Shown in pieces: positions 48,180 through 57,967 of a stretch of 64,000 nucleotides of DNA. Source of the DNA: an uncultured Candidatus Saccharibacteria bacterium (lineage in GTDB: Bacteria; Patescibacteriota; Minisyncoccia; Phycocordibacterales; CAIZLB01); the NCBI GenBank assembly GCA_964450605.1, contig CAYVEK010000002.1, positions 199,805 through 263,804 of the forward strand, written 5' to 3'. Position 1 is the stretch's first letter, and every line of letters begins with the position of its first letter. Under the pieces are notes generated by a model. It was not told where the DNA came from. It did not search any database and worked only from the letters and a program-made list of their open reading frames with translations. The translations under genes were made by a program, and so were the position numbers.

Positions 48180-48932
48180 CTACTTCAAGTTAAACGTTGC
48201 TCGGGCAGTTACCATCACTTCTTTGTTTACACTACTTGTATCGACAGTACCATAATCAGATACTTCAACTGACTGAGGTGTTAGTATCTGCACCACTCCT
48301 GTGGCAGCTGTTTTTATCTTACCAACCTTTCTTCCACTTGTTGATGCTATGGCTTCAGCTCTTACTTTTGCATCTTTTATGGCTTCAGCAAAAAGTTCAC
48401 CTCTTATATCTGCCAACTTTGTGTACATATACTCTACTGGTCGAACTTCAATGATCAAACCTGGGATAGTTACACTGGTAATACTTCGAGACAAAGCCTC
48501 AACTTTTTTAATATCAGAAGATCGAACATCTACATACTCTCTTATATCAAACTGTCGCTCTTCTGGTGGTCGACTAATGTTTTCATATATCTGATCCGCA
48601 GATGGCGGTGTTATAGATATATCACTTTCTGCAAATCCAGCTTTTAAGATAAAAGCTTTCACTTGATCTGTATTTGCATACATTTCTTTGTATCCAGAAG
48701 AAAGAGAGTTGAATGAAGAAACTCTTCGTAGGGTTATAGACAGCTTTGTAGTATCAGCAACAACAGCTCTTCGAGCAGAACCTGTAACACTTATAGTGTT
48801 ATCCAAATTCTTGGCTGTGAAAAAAGCAGATACTCCGAGTATTGTGATAATAATGGCCGCAACAGACGCAACGAAAGCACCTCTCACAGCTGAATCTTTA
48901 AACCATTCTTGTAGTGTAGTTTTCATATACAC
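48180..48932 (-). CDS. SIMPL/DUF541 domain protein. It is a tandem paralog of the upstream gene.
   Basis: Paralogous to 47275..48177, separated by a 2-nt gap. Confidence 0.55.
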   Translation of the reverse strand: MYMKTTLQEWFKDSAVRGAFVASVAAIIITILGVSAFFTAKNLDNTISVTGSARRAVVADTTKLSITLRRVSSFNSLSSGYKEMYANTDQVKAFILKAGFAESDISITPPSADQIYENISRPPEERQFDIREYVDVRSSDIKKVEALSRSITSVTIPGLIIEVRPVEYMYTKLADIRGELFAEAIKDAKVRAEAIASTSGRKVGKIKTAATGVVQILTPQSVEVSDYGTVDTSSVNKEVMVTARATFNLK

Positions 48933-48946
48933 CTAGTATACACCTC

Positions 48947-49336
48947 TTATTTTGTTTGTGTAGCTTCCTCAATATCTTCGATATTTTCTCCGATTTCCTC
49001 AATATCTTCTTGAATATCTTCGATCTCTTCCCCGATATCTTCCACCTCGTGTTGAATCTCATCAATATCTTGTTGAATCTCGCCGATATCCTCCTCAACA
49101 TCTTCAAGAGACTGGGTTGTGCGATTTACAGACATTTGTATAAGAATAGATAAGTATATAGCCTCAAGAGAAACGATAGTTGTTAAAACGAGTAATGATT
49201 TATCTACTGGCGCACCAAGAAGTATGGCCACAAACACACCAACAAACAATACAGTATGAACCACAAGTGAAGATACTGATCCTATCCAGGAAGTCAGTTT
49301 CTCATCCCAAGTTTTTGTTTTGCGTGGTCGAATCAT
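48947..49336 (-). CDS. DUF1003-like membrane protein with two transmembrane helices and an acidic coiled-coil tail.
   Basis: EDIxEIQxDIxEI repeats at the C-terminus. Confidence 0.5.
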   Translation of the reverse strand: MIRPRKTKTWDEKLTSWIGSVSSLVVHTVLFVGVFVAILLGAPVDKSLLVLTTIVSLEAIYLSILIQMSVNRTTQSLEDVEEDIGEIQQDIDEIQHEVEDIGEEIEDIQEDIEEIGENIEDIEEATQTK

Positions 49337-49871
49337 GGCTTAATACTTTATATATATAGAACATAATACCAACAGAAAGCAAGCCTACGATTATCCCAAC
49401 AAATATATCGATAGGTTTATGTACTCGTAAAATCAATCTTGAGACACAAACACCGACCCAACATACTAAAGCAATTGTGGTTATTAAATACTTAAATGAC
49501 CTGTTCCATGTCTTATATATATAGTTTGTAGATAAAATAATTGCAAAGAGTAGTGCTGTCGAGACTGTTGCATGCCCACTCGGAAAACGGAAACCGTCTT
49601 CTATAACAAGCATGCCTTCTGGACGAGGCACGGCGAACACATGTTTGAGTATTTGAACTAATACAATTGCAATAACAGTCGATCCGATCATTAACACAGA
49701 TGATTGTATACCTCTCGAAACATGTTGTTTAAAAACATCTTTTGGTTTTATCTTTCGCAATAACATTAATGCGATCACTATAGCGATCAGGAATGCACAA
49801 AATAACGTTATAAGTTCTGGAGAAAATATCGCCGAGAAATATATAGATAATACAACGAGTGGTGAATGCAT
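49302..49871 (-). CDS. PAP2 family phosphatase, undecaprenyl-diphosphatase-like.
   Basis: PAP2 motifs KxxxxxxRP, PSGH and SRxxxxxHxxxD. Confidence 0.75.
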   Translation of the reverse strand: MHSPLVVLSIYFSAIFSPELITLFCAFLIAIVIALMLLRKIKPKDVFKQHVSRGIQSSVLMIGSTVIAIVLVQILKHVFAVPRPEGMLVIEDGFRFPSGHATVSTALLFAIILSTNYIYKTWNRSFKYLITTIALVCWVGVCVSRLILRVHKPIDIFVGIIVGLLSVGIMFYIYKVLSHDSTTQNKNLG

Positions 49872-49877
49872 ATATTA

Positions 49878-50450
49878 TTAATCTATCATATTTCCTTTAG
49901 TAACCAAAAAATGCGAAAGCTCTTTTGCAATCTTTTTATCCATAAGAGGAATAAGATGTTGGTGATCGTTTTTCTTTTTACCTTTATCATTTTCAGATTC
50001 AAATGTATCAACTCTGGCAGTTGTTATATTTAAACGAACAACTCCAAATAATCGATAATGATACGGCTGTTCAAGATCTACATTTTGTATATGCCGATAT
50101 GGTATCAGTTTTTCCTTAACCATGAGAATACCTCGCCGAATATGAAACGAGTGATTGTCTAACATGAACTTATGCTGGGCGTGGTGCTCATACATAATGA
50201 CAGCAATAAATATTATCACAGCACCGATAATAAGAAGTAGCCACTGCGTGAGCATGGTAGTTGTTATGATTCCATCAAAATGCGAAGCAAGAAAGTTTTC
50301 AACAAACACCGCACTCTCCCCTACATGAATAAAATAAATAGCGGTTATAAGAGCGGCAACAACCAGTGTTGCTATTTTTCCATTTTTCAAAAACAAAAAC
50401 CAAAATGTCCTTTTTCCAAATGTATATTTTTTGTTTAACTCTAAAGCCAT
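49878..50450 (-). CDS. Bacterial PH-domain (YdbS/YdbT-like, bPH_2) membrane protein.
   Basis: Two transmembrane helices followed by a PH-like domain (YRLFGVVRLNITTA). Confidence 0.5.
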   Translation of the reverse strand: MALELNKKYTFGKRTFWFLFLKNGKIATLVVAALITAIYFIHVGESAVFVENFLASHFDGIITTTMLTQWLLLIIGAVIIFIAVIMYEHHAQHKFMLDNHSFHIRRGILMVKEKLIPYRHIQNVDLEQPYHYRLFGVVRLNITTARVDTFESENDKGKKKNDHQHLIPLMDKKIAKELSHFLVTKGNMID

Positions 50451-50687
50451 TTGCTTAGATTATAGCAAACAAAACTGAAATGAGTGAGGATTGCATTTGC
50501 AGGAGCCAAAGGCTCCGAAACCGCAATCCGAGGGAATTGAAGTATGTGCGCAGAAGAGGATTTGCCAACTACGTTGGCAGGTACTTTTCGACTTCGTCTC
50601 CGTATACTCCGACGAAGTAACGAAAAGTCTTTCAAATCCTCACGCAAGCCGAACTATCGGCTTGCTTTCTAGCCATGCTAACACATG

Positions 50688-50770
50688 TGCGCAGAAGAGG
50701 ATTTGAACCTCCACACCCTTACGGGCGCTACCACCTCAAGGTAGTGCGTCTACCGTTTCGCCACCTGCGC
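50688..50770 (-). tRNA. tRNA-Leu (GAG), type II.
   Basis: Reverse complement GCGCAGGTGGCGAAACGGTAGACGCACTACCTTGAGGTGGTAGCGCCCGTAAGGGTGTGGAGGTTCAAATCCTCTTCTGCGCA. It has a long variable arm and A73. Confidence 0.8.
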
Positions 50771-50795
50771 ATGCCCATAGAGTACTACAAGCAAA

Positions 50796-52193
50796 TTAAT
50801 CAATCAAGAAAAGTTTTGATGCTGTTGGATCGGTGTAACCAAAATTTATATTATCTTGCAACTGTTTGTCATACGGATAGAAGATATCATCCTTAGACAA
50901 ACCTGTACTTGTGGTAATAAGCTGTAGAATATTGTCTGTATCACACATCTCACAAGAACCTCCACTTGATACACCTTTGAGTGTGTTCAAGAGATTTGGA
51001 ATAGTATCTTTATTTTTTAGATGTAAGTTGTAGAACACCAGACCAGCATGCTTATATGTAGTTGATACATCTTGTTTACTGTTACTTATTATCACACCGG
51101 TATCAAAATAATTTCTAAATTCCTGTACAGCCTCTTCAGGTGTCATCTTTTGGTAACCAAAAGAATCTTTCCATATCTTTTTTGCTGACATTCCTTTGTG
51201 TAGATAGTTATCACTTATATACTGCTCCAAAAAAGTAGCTAACCCTTCATCAAACCATCTAGCATAGTACGGTTCTTTTCTAAAAAGTTCGGCGTTACCC
51301 ATAGCCACGTGTGCAAGCTCATGAATCAAAACCTTTTTTCTAAAAAGATCTGTCATATTTTTATCAAACATACCTGTATCAAGAAGCACTATATTGTTTG
51401 AGAGCTGTAGCGCTTCGACCTCATATTGATTTGCTTTATATTTTACTGGAGTAACAACGATGGCGACTCTTTTAGGTAGAGGTGTGCCGAGTAGTTGTTT
51501 ATATTTTGGGGCATATGTCTGTACGTCTTTTATGAGTTTTGTTGCTACGACAGAATTTTTTGATGATGATGTTAGAGTAAAGTTATCTCCCACTTTCTTG
51601 GTTGTATATGCTCCGCTCTTTTTATGCACCATAACAAACATATCATATTCATAAAAGTCCGATATTCTTTCGGGTGCGGAAACTTTAGTACTCACCTTAC
51701 CAGCCGGGATACCTGAAGAATGCTGTGAGTTTGGATATGCAAGTAGTGTAAATGAATTTGGATACTCAACTGTTATGTTTGCATCTCGAGAATATCCTCC
51801 ACTCAAAAACAAGGGAAATCTAAAGAGACTTATATTATTACTTTGTAAACCATTGTCGAGTCTATATGTAACTTTAATAGCTGTGTCTGTTGGTTTTGTA
51901 TAGACAATCGCATCAGAGTTTCCGTCCTGATAATCATTAAACTCTCGAGTCTCCCCTTTAGAGTTTTTCGCCGAGATGAGATCAAATGTACTGTATATAC
52001 CAGTAGGATCAGTCTTTCTAGAAGGAAGTACCGAAAACGTGGATTCTTGAAAAGGTGTCGGATATGTAAGTGTAACATCTGCCGCACTTGGACTAATAAT
52101 CTTTATGTTAACTTCTATAGGAACATTGTTTGCTGATGCCTGAATCGATACAAAACATAGAGCCCATAGGGTTGTGTATATAAGTCTTTTCAT
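50796..52193 (-). CDS. Secreted zinc metallopeptidase with an HExxH motif.
   Basis: HELAHV motif. The signal peptide MKRLIYTTLWALCFVSIQASA is obtained from the ATG start at 52193. Confidence 0.65.
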   Translation of the reverse strand: MKRLIYTTLWALCFVSIQASANNVPIEVNIKIISPSAADVTLTYPTPFQESTFSVLPSRKTDPTGIYSTFDLISAKNSKGETREFNDYQDGNSDAIVYTKPTDTAIKVTYRLDNGLQSNNISLFRFPLFLSGGYSRDANITVEYPNSFTLLAYPNSQHSSGIPAGKVSTKVSAPERISDFYEYDMFVMVHKKSGAYTTKKVGDNFTLTSSSKNSVVATKLIKDVQTYAPKYKQLLGTPLPKRVAIVVTPVKYKANQYEVEALQLSNNIVLLDTGMFDKNMTDLFRKKVLIHELAHVAMGNAELFRKEPYYARWFDEGLATFLEQYISDNYLHKGMSAKKIWKDSFGYQKMTPEEAVQEFRNYFDTGVIISNSKQDVSTTYKHAGLVFYNLHLKNKDTIPNLLNTLKGVSSGGSCEMCDTDNILQLITTSTGLSKDDIFYPYDKQLQDNINFGYTDPTASKLFLID

Positions 52194-52235
52194 GTCTTGA
52201 TATTTTATCATGCCCATGATATGTTTACTACGTAA

Positions 52236-52308
52236 GGGCGATTAGCTCAGTTGGTAGAGCAACTCATTTACACTGAGAAGGTCGGGGGTTCAAGTCCCTC
52301 ATCGCCCA
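52236..52308 (+). tRNA. tRNA-Val (TAC).
   Basis: GGGCGATTAGCTCAGTTGGTAGAGCAACTCATTTACACTGAGAAGGTCGGGGGTTCAAGTCCCTCATCGCCCA. It is close to E. coli tRNA-Val(UAC) and is followed by a terminator hairpin at 52312-52350. Confidence 0.85.
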
Positions 52309-52415
52309 CAAAAAACAAAACACACTGTTGCAAACGCAAGGTGTGTTTTTGTTTTAATTGACACTTTAGAGGTTCGGAGTATGATGAGTTTAAATTCCAA
52401 CCACACACGAACTAT

Positions 52416-53147
52416 ATGAATAAAAATAAACTTGTTGAAGCATTCGGAACATCGAAAGTACTTCTCCCGGTTATACATGTATCCAGCAGAATACATGTAC
52501 CAGATCAGATCACCTTAGCCCTCCGCGGAGGGGCCCACGGAGTGTGGCTCATCTGCCACGGGCCTGGTGATAAAACCCGACAACTCATCGAAGCCTACAA
52601 GGTGGCTCGTGACAGTACGCTCGACTGGATTGGGCTCAACTTTTTGGGTGAAACAGACCCTGTCAGTATCATCCAAGAAGAACTCCCTCCGATAGACTAC
52701 CCAGGAGGACTGTGGATAGACCAAGGTGTTGAGGAGAGCTCCTCCAGTTTCAACACCGACAAGCTTCGTGGATTTTACAATCGTTATCGCGTCGCCTGCC
52801 CGAAAAGTCTCCTCTTCCGAGGTGTTGCCTTTAAAGGACAGCAGCCTTCTTACCCTTCAGGAATCCTTGCTGCTGTGGAGGTTGCAAAGTCTGGAATGGA
52901 CATACTCACCACAAGCGGACCAGGAACCGGACATGCTCCTGATATTGGGAAGATTCGAGAAATCCACACAGCTGCGAATGGAGCACCTGTCGCTGTTGCT
53001 AGTGGGCTAACCCCTGAAAACATCAAAAGGTTTATTCCTTATATCGACTGTGCGATGGTTAGTACCGGTGTTTGCAAACCTAACACCGACGAGTTCGATC
53101 CAAAAAAACTCACAGCCTTCGCAAAGGCTATGGGTCTCGAACCTTAA
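52416..53147 (+). CDS. BtpA/SgcQ-family TIM-barrel protein. The gene is GC-rich, about 52-55% against roughly 36% for the surroundings.
   Basis: C-terminal signature TTSGPGTGHAPDIGKIREIH...VAVASGLTPENIKRFIPYIDCAMVSTGV. Composition shifts abruptly at about 52490. Confidence 0.5.
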   Translation: MNKNKLVEAFGTSKVLLPVIHVSSRIHVPDQITLALRGGAHGVWLICHGPGDKTRQLIEAYKVARDSTLDWIGLNFLGETDPVSIIQEELPPIDYPGGLWIDQGVEESSSSFNTDKLRGFYNRYRVACPKSLLFRGVAFKGQQPSYPSGILAAVEVAKSGMDILTTSGPGTGHAPDIGKIREIHTAANGAPVAVASGLTPENIKRFIPYIDCAMVSTGVCKPNTDEFDPKKLTAFAKAMGLEP

Positions 53148-53159
53148 CTACCCCACCCC

Positions 53160-53196
53160 GCGCGCGGACCCCGTCCCGCACGGGGTTCGTTTTTTA
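53160..53196 (+). terminator. GC-rich rho-independent terminator of the BtpA-like gene.
   Basis: CGGACCCCGTC-CCGC-ACGGGGTTCG followed by TTTTTTAT. Confidence 0.65.
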
Positions 53197-53221
53197 TATA
53201 CAAATACTGTATACTCACCTC

Positions 53222-54619
53222 ATGATAAATCTCCAAGAAAAAATAGAAAAAACACTTCTAGATGATCCGTATGATTTTACAAAAGATTTAGTTGATGGAG
53301 TTCCTCTTTTTTACAAAAACTTCCCCTCTGCTCCGTGTATACATATACGCATAGCTTTTCGTTTTGGTGCAAAACATGATCCTATAGGCAAAGAAGGTGT
53401 TGCACATCTTTTAGAGCATATGATATTTAAAGGCACAGACATCTACGAGACCGAAAAAGATATTGAATATTTTAGAAAAAATATAACTCTTGGAACATTG
53501 AATGCGTATACTGGAATGTTTGAAATGGTTGTTAAAGCAAAATGCCTTCCTTATAACTTTGAAAAATGTCTTAAAGGTATGATGAGTATAGTTGTTATGC
53601 CTAAATTAAGAGATGAAGATTTTGCTGTTGAAAAAAAGATTGTGATGGATGAAGCTTGGAGACATTTTAAAAATGAAAAACAGATAGCCTACACAAAAAA
53701 AATAAGAAATACTCATCTTTCAGATCTGCCCGACAGGCTTCGTATTGTTTCAGCACTTGGCTGGCCAGATACTATAAAAAAGATAGAAAATACAGATGTT
53801 AAAGCTACCCACAAAAAATATATAATTAAGGAAAATGTAGTCTTTTTTATCGCAGGAAACTTAGACACTGTTGGAGGATTGGATAATATCAAAAGTATTT
53901 TAAATACACATATATTAAAATTGTCGCACGGGAACCCTGCTGATTTTCCATACATTCCTGGAGAGCTTACCCTACCAACAACACCTATCTTTGATACCAC
54001 ATACACAGATGCTGGAATGACGGACAAAAAACAATCTTCAATAAATCTGTCCTACAACTTTCCTCGAGAGAAAAAAGAAAACGGGGCATTAACTTCAATA
54101 AACGAGGAGCAAACTATTGCCAAGCTGTCCCTTGCAACAAGACTTATTGATGATGTTGTGTATGAAAAGCTTCGTATGGATAAAGGTTGGTGTTACAGTG
54201 CTGGGTCAAGTTACACTGTGGAACCTGAATTTCTCAGACTAAGCCTTGGTGCAGACCTCAATCCAGAACACACCGAAGAAGCTGTTGATATATGCAAAGA
54301 TATTATAGAGAACCTAAAACAAGGACACTACAAAGATAAGTTTGATCAGGTAAAAACCTTGGCAATAGAATCAAATCTATCATCAGAACGACTGACAGGT
54401 GATATCATATCTGGTGCAGTTGATGATTTCTTGAGCGAAAACCAAACAATAACTATGAAAAAAGCTTTATTGCTCGGAAATGCAGTTACATTCGAAAACG
54501 TTGTTGAATTTGTAAACACATACATCACCCCAGACCGTCTGTTCATAGAAATCCTCAGACCAGATCCAGAGAAAAAATCTGCATTCGCGAAGATAAAGTC
54601 TCTCTTATTCAGAAAATAA
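53222..54619 (+). CDS. M16-family (pitrilysin/insulinase-like) zinc peptidase.
   Basis: Inverted zinc motif HLLEH (HxxEH) near the N-terminus. 465 aa. Confidence 0.75.
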   Translation: MINLQEKIEKTLLDDPYDFTKDLVDGVPLFYKNFPSAPCIHIRIAFRFGAKHDPIGKEGVAHLLEHMIFKGTDIYETEKDIEYFRKNITLGTLNAYTGMFEMVVKAKCLPYNFEKCLKGMMSIVVMPKLRDEDFAVEKKIVMDEAWRHFKNEKQIAYTKKIRNTHLSDLPDRLRIVSALGWPDTIKKIENTDVKATHKKYIIKENVVFFIAGNLDTVGGLDNIKSILNTHILKLSHGNPADFPYIPGELTLPTTPIFDTTYTDAGMTDKKQSSINLSYNFPREKKENGALTSINEEQTIAKLSLATRLIDDVVYEKLRMDKGWCYSAGSSYTVEPEFLRLSLGADLNPEHTEEAVDICKDIIENLKQGHYKDKFDQVKTLAIESNLSSERLTGDIISGAVDDFLSENQTITMKKALLLGNAVTFENVVEFVNTYITPDRLFIEILRPDPEKKSAFAKIKSLLFRK

Positions 54620-55369
54620 TTTATTTAAAAACTGTTCAGGGTTATCCAAAAAACCTTTAGTTATTTTGTAATGCTCCGTATCTTTATACTCGACTGTTTG
54701 AATATTTCCACCATCAAAACTCCATATCTCAGCACCAGGGTACGCGAGCAATATAGGCGAATGCGTAGCAATAATAAACTGTGTCTCTTTATTTTTGCAC
54801 AACTCTTTTAACAAAAGCAGTAGCGCCAGTTGTTTTTGTGGTGAAAGCGCTGCTTCCGGCTCATCAAATAGATAGAAACCTCCACTCCCTATTCTGTTTT
54901 TAAAAAGTGTCATAAAACTTTCTCCGTGTGATTTATTATGGAGCGAGGATCCTCCGTATGATGCATAAACAGACTCTTTAGAAACAAAAGGTATGTCAAC
55001 CATACTATCGATTTCATTTGCTAGATTAAAAAAACTTTCTGCTCTAAAAAAATAACCATCCCTTACCTTTTTGCGCCAAGAAAAAGTCATACATTCTGAA
55101 AGAGATGTAACATCGCCATCAACCATCTTTTTGTGAGTTGTTGAAAAAGATATGTTTTTACTTCCACCTTCTTTACCAAAACCAGCTTTGGTTGCAATAG
55201 CTTCAAGGACTGTAGACTTACCTGTTCCGTTTTCTCCAACCAGAAAAGTAACTTGGCTTTTAAATACAAGGTCCTGCAGATTTTTTACGATCTTGAGAGA
55301 AAAAGGGTATCCTTTTTTATTCGGAATTTGTATACGTATTTTGTCCAAAATAGGCCCAGAACTCAACAT
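54605..55369 (-). CDS. AAA-family ATPase (COG3910-like predicted ATPase).
   Basis: Walker A GENGTGKST, Walker B LFDEPEAALSP, and an ATHSP motif. Confidence 0.65.
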   Translation of the reverse strand: MLSSGPILDKIRIQIPNKKGYPFSLKIVKNLQDLVFKSQVTFLVGENGTGKSTVLEAIATKAGFGKEGGSKNISFSTTHKKMVDGDVTSLSECMTFSWRKKVRDGYFFRAESFFNLANEIDSMVDIPFVSKESVYASYGGSSLHNKSHGESFMTLFKNRIGSGGFYLFDEPEAALSPQKQLALLLLLKELCKNKETQFIIATHSPILLAYPGAEIWSFDGGNIQTVEYKDTEHYKITKGFLDNPEQFLNKLFSE

Positions 55370-55370
55370 G

Positions 55371-55442
55371 TGCTCTCGCTAGGAATCGAACCTAGATTAA
55401 CGGCTTAGAAGTCCGCAGTTCTATCCATTGAACTACGAGAGC
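55371..55442 (-). tRNA. tRNA-Arg (TCT).
   Basis: Reverse complement GCTCTCGTAGTTCAATGGATAGAACTGCGGACTTCTAAGCCGTTAATCTAGGTTCGATTCCTAGCGAGAGC. The CTTCTAA anticodon loop matches E. coli tRNA-Arg(UCU). Positions 31 and 39 are A and G. Confidence 0.75.
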
Positions 55443-55456
55443 GTACCTCATATATA

Positions 55457-55828
55457 TCACCGAACTGTTGATGAGGCAACTGACGAAGTAGCAGTTGAAG
55501 AGGCTGTTGTTTTTATCTCTACAACCGGAGCTTTCTTGGCAAGAGTATCTATTGCTGAGACATATATCTTCTCTTTTTCTCTATATCCAGCAATAACACT
55601 TTCCATATTTATAATCTTCTGAATAGATTGTTCTTCATTGGCTTTAGAAGCGTCTGCATTCAACGTTGCCGTCATCGAATCGATACGTTTGTTTAACGTA
55701 ACATACAGATATGAAAAGTAAGTACTAACTCCAACAAGCAATATCAAGAAAAACATGAGCATCAAATCCCAGTGAAGCTCTGGAGAAAAACCTAACAATT
55801 TCTTTTTTGAGAAGATTTTTTCTTTCAT
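55457..55828 (-). CDS. Hypothetical bitopic membrane protein, possibly a pilus-assembly accessory (PilP-like).
   Basis: ORF track. One transmembrane helix. It lies downstream of the PilM/N/O-like genes. Confidence 0.35.
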   Translation of the reverse strand: MKEKIFSKKKLLGFSPELHWDLMLMFFLILLVGVSTYFSYLYVTLNKRIDSMTATLNADASKANEEQSIQKIINMESVIAGYREKEKIYVSAIDTLAKKAPVVEIKTTASSTATSSVASSTVR

Positions 55829-55833
55829 ATATT

Positions 55834-56439
55834 TTATTCAGACTTTTTATTATTTGCCAATGTTTCAATAACAATCAAGTAAATCCGTGCCTTAACCATG
55901 GGACCTTCAGAAGAAACTGTAGTTTGTACTTTTTCCAAAAAAGTTATATTTACTTTTTCGGTATAAGAAACGTATGGTAAAAAGTTTAATGATTTTATAT
56001 ACTCATTAACTCTTTGATATGTACCCTCTGCTTCAAGTTCAATAATAATCTCTCGCGCGTTTTGTGATGCGAGTTTTGCATCCTCACGCGGAGTTACTGA
56101 CATAAGTCCTCCCCGCTCTTTTGTAGAAAGACCTGCTTTTTGCATATCAGACTCAATACGAGATATGGCCCCAAATGACGTATTTGAACTTAACACATAT
56201 TTTTTAATCTCGTCTTGCTCTGCAGAACCTTTAACTAAAATCTTTTTATACAGCTCGAAAGACTCTTTGTTTTTTTCCAAAAACTGCACAAATTGTTTTT
56301 TCTCTGAAGTTTTTTGTACGTAAATATCAAATTCTTTTTTCGCAAACCATACACCGATAATAAATACAGCAACTGTACATACTACCCACCATATTGCAAT
56401 GATTTTTTTAGTTGTTTTCATATGATAGTTTTTGCGCAA
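55834..56439 (-). CDS. PilO-like type IV pilus assembly protein (bitopic).
   Basis: Single transmembrane helix after a short N-terminus, and a periplasmic coiled-coil domain. Position in the pilM cluster. Confidence 0.4.
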   Translation of the reverse strand: MRKNYHMKTTKKIIAIWWVVCTVAVFIIGVWFAKKEFDIYVQKTSEKKQFVQFLEKNKESFELYKKILVKGSAEQDEIKKYVLSSNTSFGAISRIESDMQKAGLSTKERGGLMSVTPREDAKLASQNAREIIIELEAEGTYQRVNEYIKSLNFLPYVSYTEKVNITFLEKVQTTVSSEGPMVKARIYLIVIETLANNKKSE

Positions 56440-56941
56440 AGGTAAATGAACCTTTATTACTTAATACTCCGTATGAAAGTGATGCTCCATCATACTTTTC
56501 ATCTTCAAATCTTTTTACAAGATTTTGTGCAACATTTTTATCTTTTACATATAGCTCTGTCTGTATTGTCTTTGATATTGTGTCGACTGTTATAGACTGT
56601 ACCTTAACTCCAGGAACAGACTCTACAACTTCTATAAATCTTGTATATATTTTTGATATATCTCCGCGCGCAGGCATGTTAAGTATATCCACGTCGGCAA
56701 GTATTTTATTTACACCCTCTTTAGCAACCGCGAGTTTTGAATCTGAAATCTCTCTTTGAAGAGGTTCTACGACTGCGTTAAGGGTTGAGAGCTCTGTATA
56801 CATACGTATAACAGTAGGAGCAGCCAGACAAACAGAAGACAGTATGATGATAAACATCGAAACAGAGAAAAGGTTTGCAACCTTAACCCAGTATTCTGTT
56901 TTTATTTTTTCTTTTTGTTGTTTTGAAAGTAAATAAAACAT
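56408..56941 (-). CDS. PilN-like type IV pilus assembly protein (bitopic).
   Basis: Topology and position directly after pilM. Confidence 0.4.
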   Translation of the reverse strand: MFYLLSKQQKEKIKTEYWVKVANLFSVSMFIIILSSVCLAAPTVIRMYTELSTLNAVVEPLQREISDSKLAVAKEGVNKILADVDILNMPARGDISKIYTRFIEVVESVPGVKVQSITVDTISKTIQTELYVKDKNVAQNLVKRFEDEKYDGASLSYGVLSNKGSFTFAQKLSYENN

Positions 56942-56953
56942 GCTTTTTTTATA

Positions 56954-57964
56954 TTATACTCGAGGCATAGCTAGTCCGATAGCGACCGCATATTGATATG
57001 AATCATTTTTGTGTATAGGAGGTATTGTTGAGTTTACATCAACGACATTTTTCCACACATCACCTATGATTGTAGGTATAGAGAGTTGAGCACTTATCTT
57101 ATTTGCAAAATCAGATTTTAATATATCAAGGTGAGTTGATGTTAGTACGATAGACTCAATTTTCTGAAAGTTATACTTTTTGTTTTTATCTACATATGAA
57201 AGCCAGAATGTCATGATCTTGTTAATATCAGCAACTACATCACTTAGAAGTTCCGGTGTCTCAAGAACGAGCTGACCCTTCTCTTCCTTAAACACAGATC
57301 TGTTTATAGTAGATGTGTATATAACAATACCGAATGAAACAATAGATACTACAACTGAATGTTTCTCTACCGCAACAATACAATATGAAGACACGTCACC
57401 TTCTCGAACAAATGTTTTGGTAAGAGCTTGGTTTTGAATTAGAAAAGAAACGATTTCCATATTAGCAGAAGAAAAAAGGTCAATGTAATCTTCGATATCT
57501 TTTTTTGCAGCAACAGTGACTGAATACAAACTTTTATTTGTATTTGCGATACCTGTTACCCGTGTATAGTCAAATACTGCATCATCGATCATGATAGGTA
57601 CATTTTCCTCTATCTTTGATTCTATCTGATTGTAGACTGAGTCATCTGGACCATCATCAATCTCAGACATATATAGATATATTTTTTCTTCCGGCAAAGA
57701 AACCTCTACGTATTTTAGCTTATGCTCTTTTTGAATTTTTTTTAAAGTGAGCAGAATATCTGGCTGGGATGTGAGAGGTTTTCCTTGATTAACCGTAGAA
57801 GCAAGAGTCTCGGTTCCAAAATCAATCACATCAAGGTCAGTTCCTCGTCTTTTCATTTTTAAAAAACGAATATGATCAACTCCTATATCAACTCCGGTAT
57901 GTTCAAAAGATATCATCTTAGGAACAGGAATATATCTTTTTATAAAACGTGTAAGGATATTCAT
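56954..57964 (-). CDS. pilM: Type IV pilus assembly protein PilM (actin-like ATPase fold).
   Basis: 336 aa. N-terminal GVDIGVDHIRF (GxDIG) and an actin-like fold pattern. Confidence 0.6.
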   Translation of the reverse strand: MNILTRFIKRYIPVPKMISFEHTGVDIGVDHIRFLKMKRRGTDLDVIDFGTETLASTVNQGKPLTSQPDILLTLKKIQKEHKLKYVEVSLPEEKIYLYMSEIDDGPDDSVYNQIESKIEENVPIMIDDAVFDYTRVTGIANTNKSLYSVTVAAKKDIEDYIDLFSSANMEIVSFLIQNQALTKTFVREGDVSSYCIVAVEKHSVVVSIVSFGIVIYTSTINRSVFKEEKGQLVLETPELLSDVVADINKIMTFWLSYVDKNKKYNFQKIESIVLTSTHLDILKSDFANKISAQLSIPTIIGDVWKNVVDVNSTIPPIHKNDSYQYAVAIGLAMPRV

Positions 57965-57967
57965 ATA

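Noticed and set aside
50488-50529. Possible additional tRNA or tRNA-like fold in the tRNA-Leu downstream spacer.
   Set aside because: It forms nested stems but no cloverleaf. There is no anticodon arm, T-arm or acceptor geometry. It is kept as part of the repeat/hairpin finding instead.
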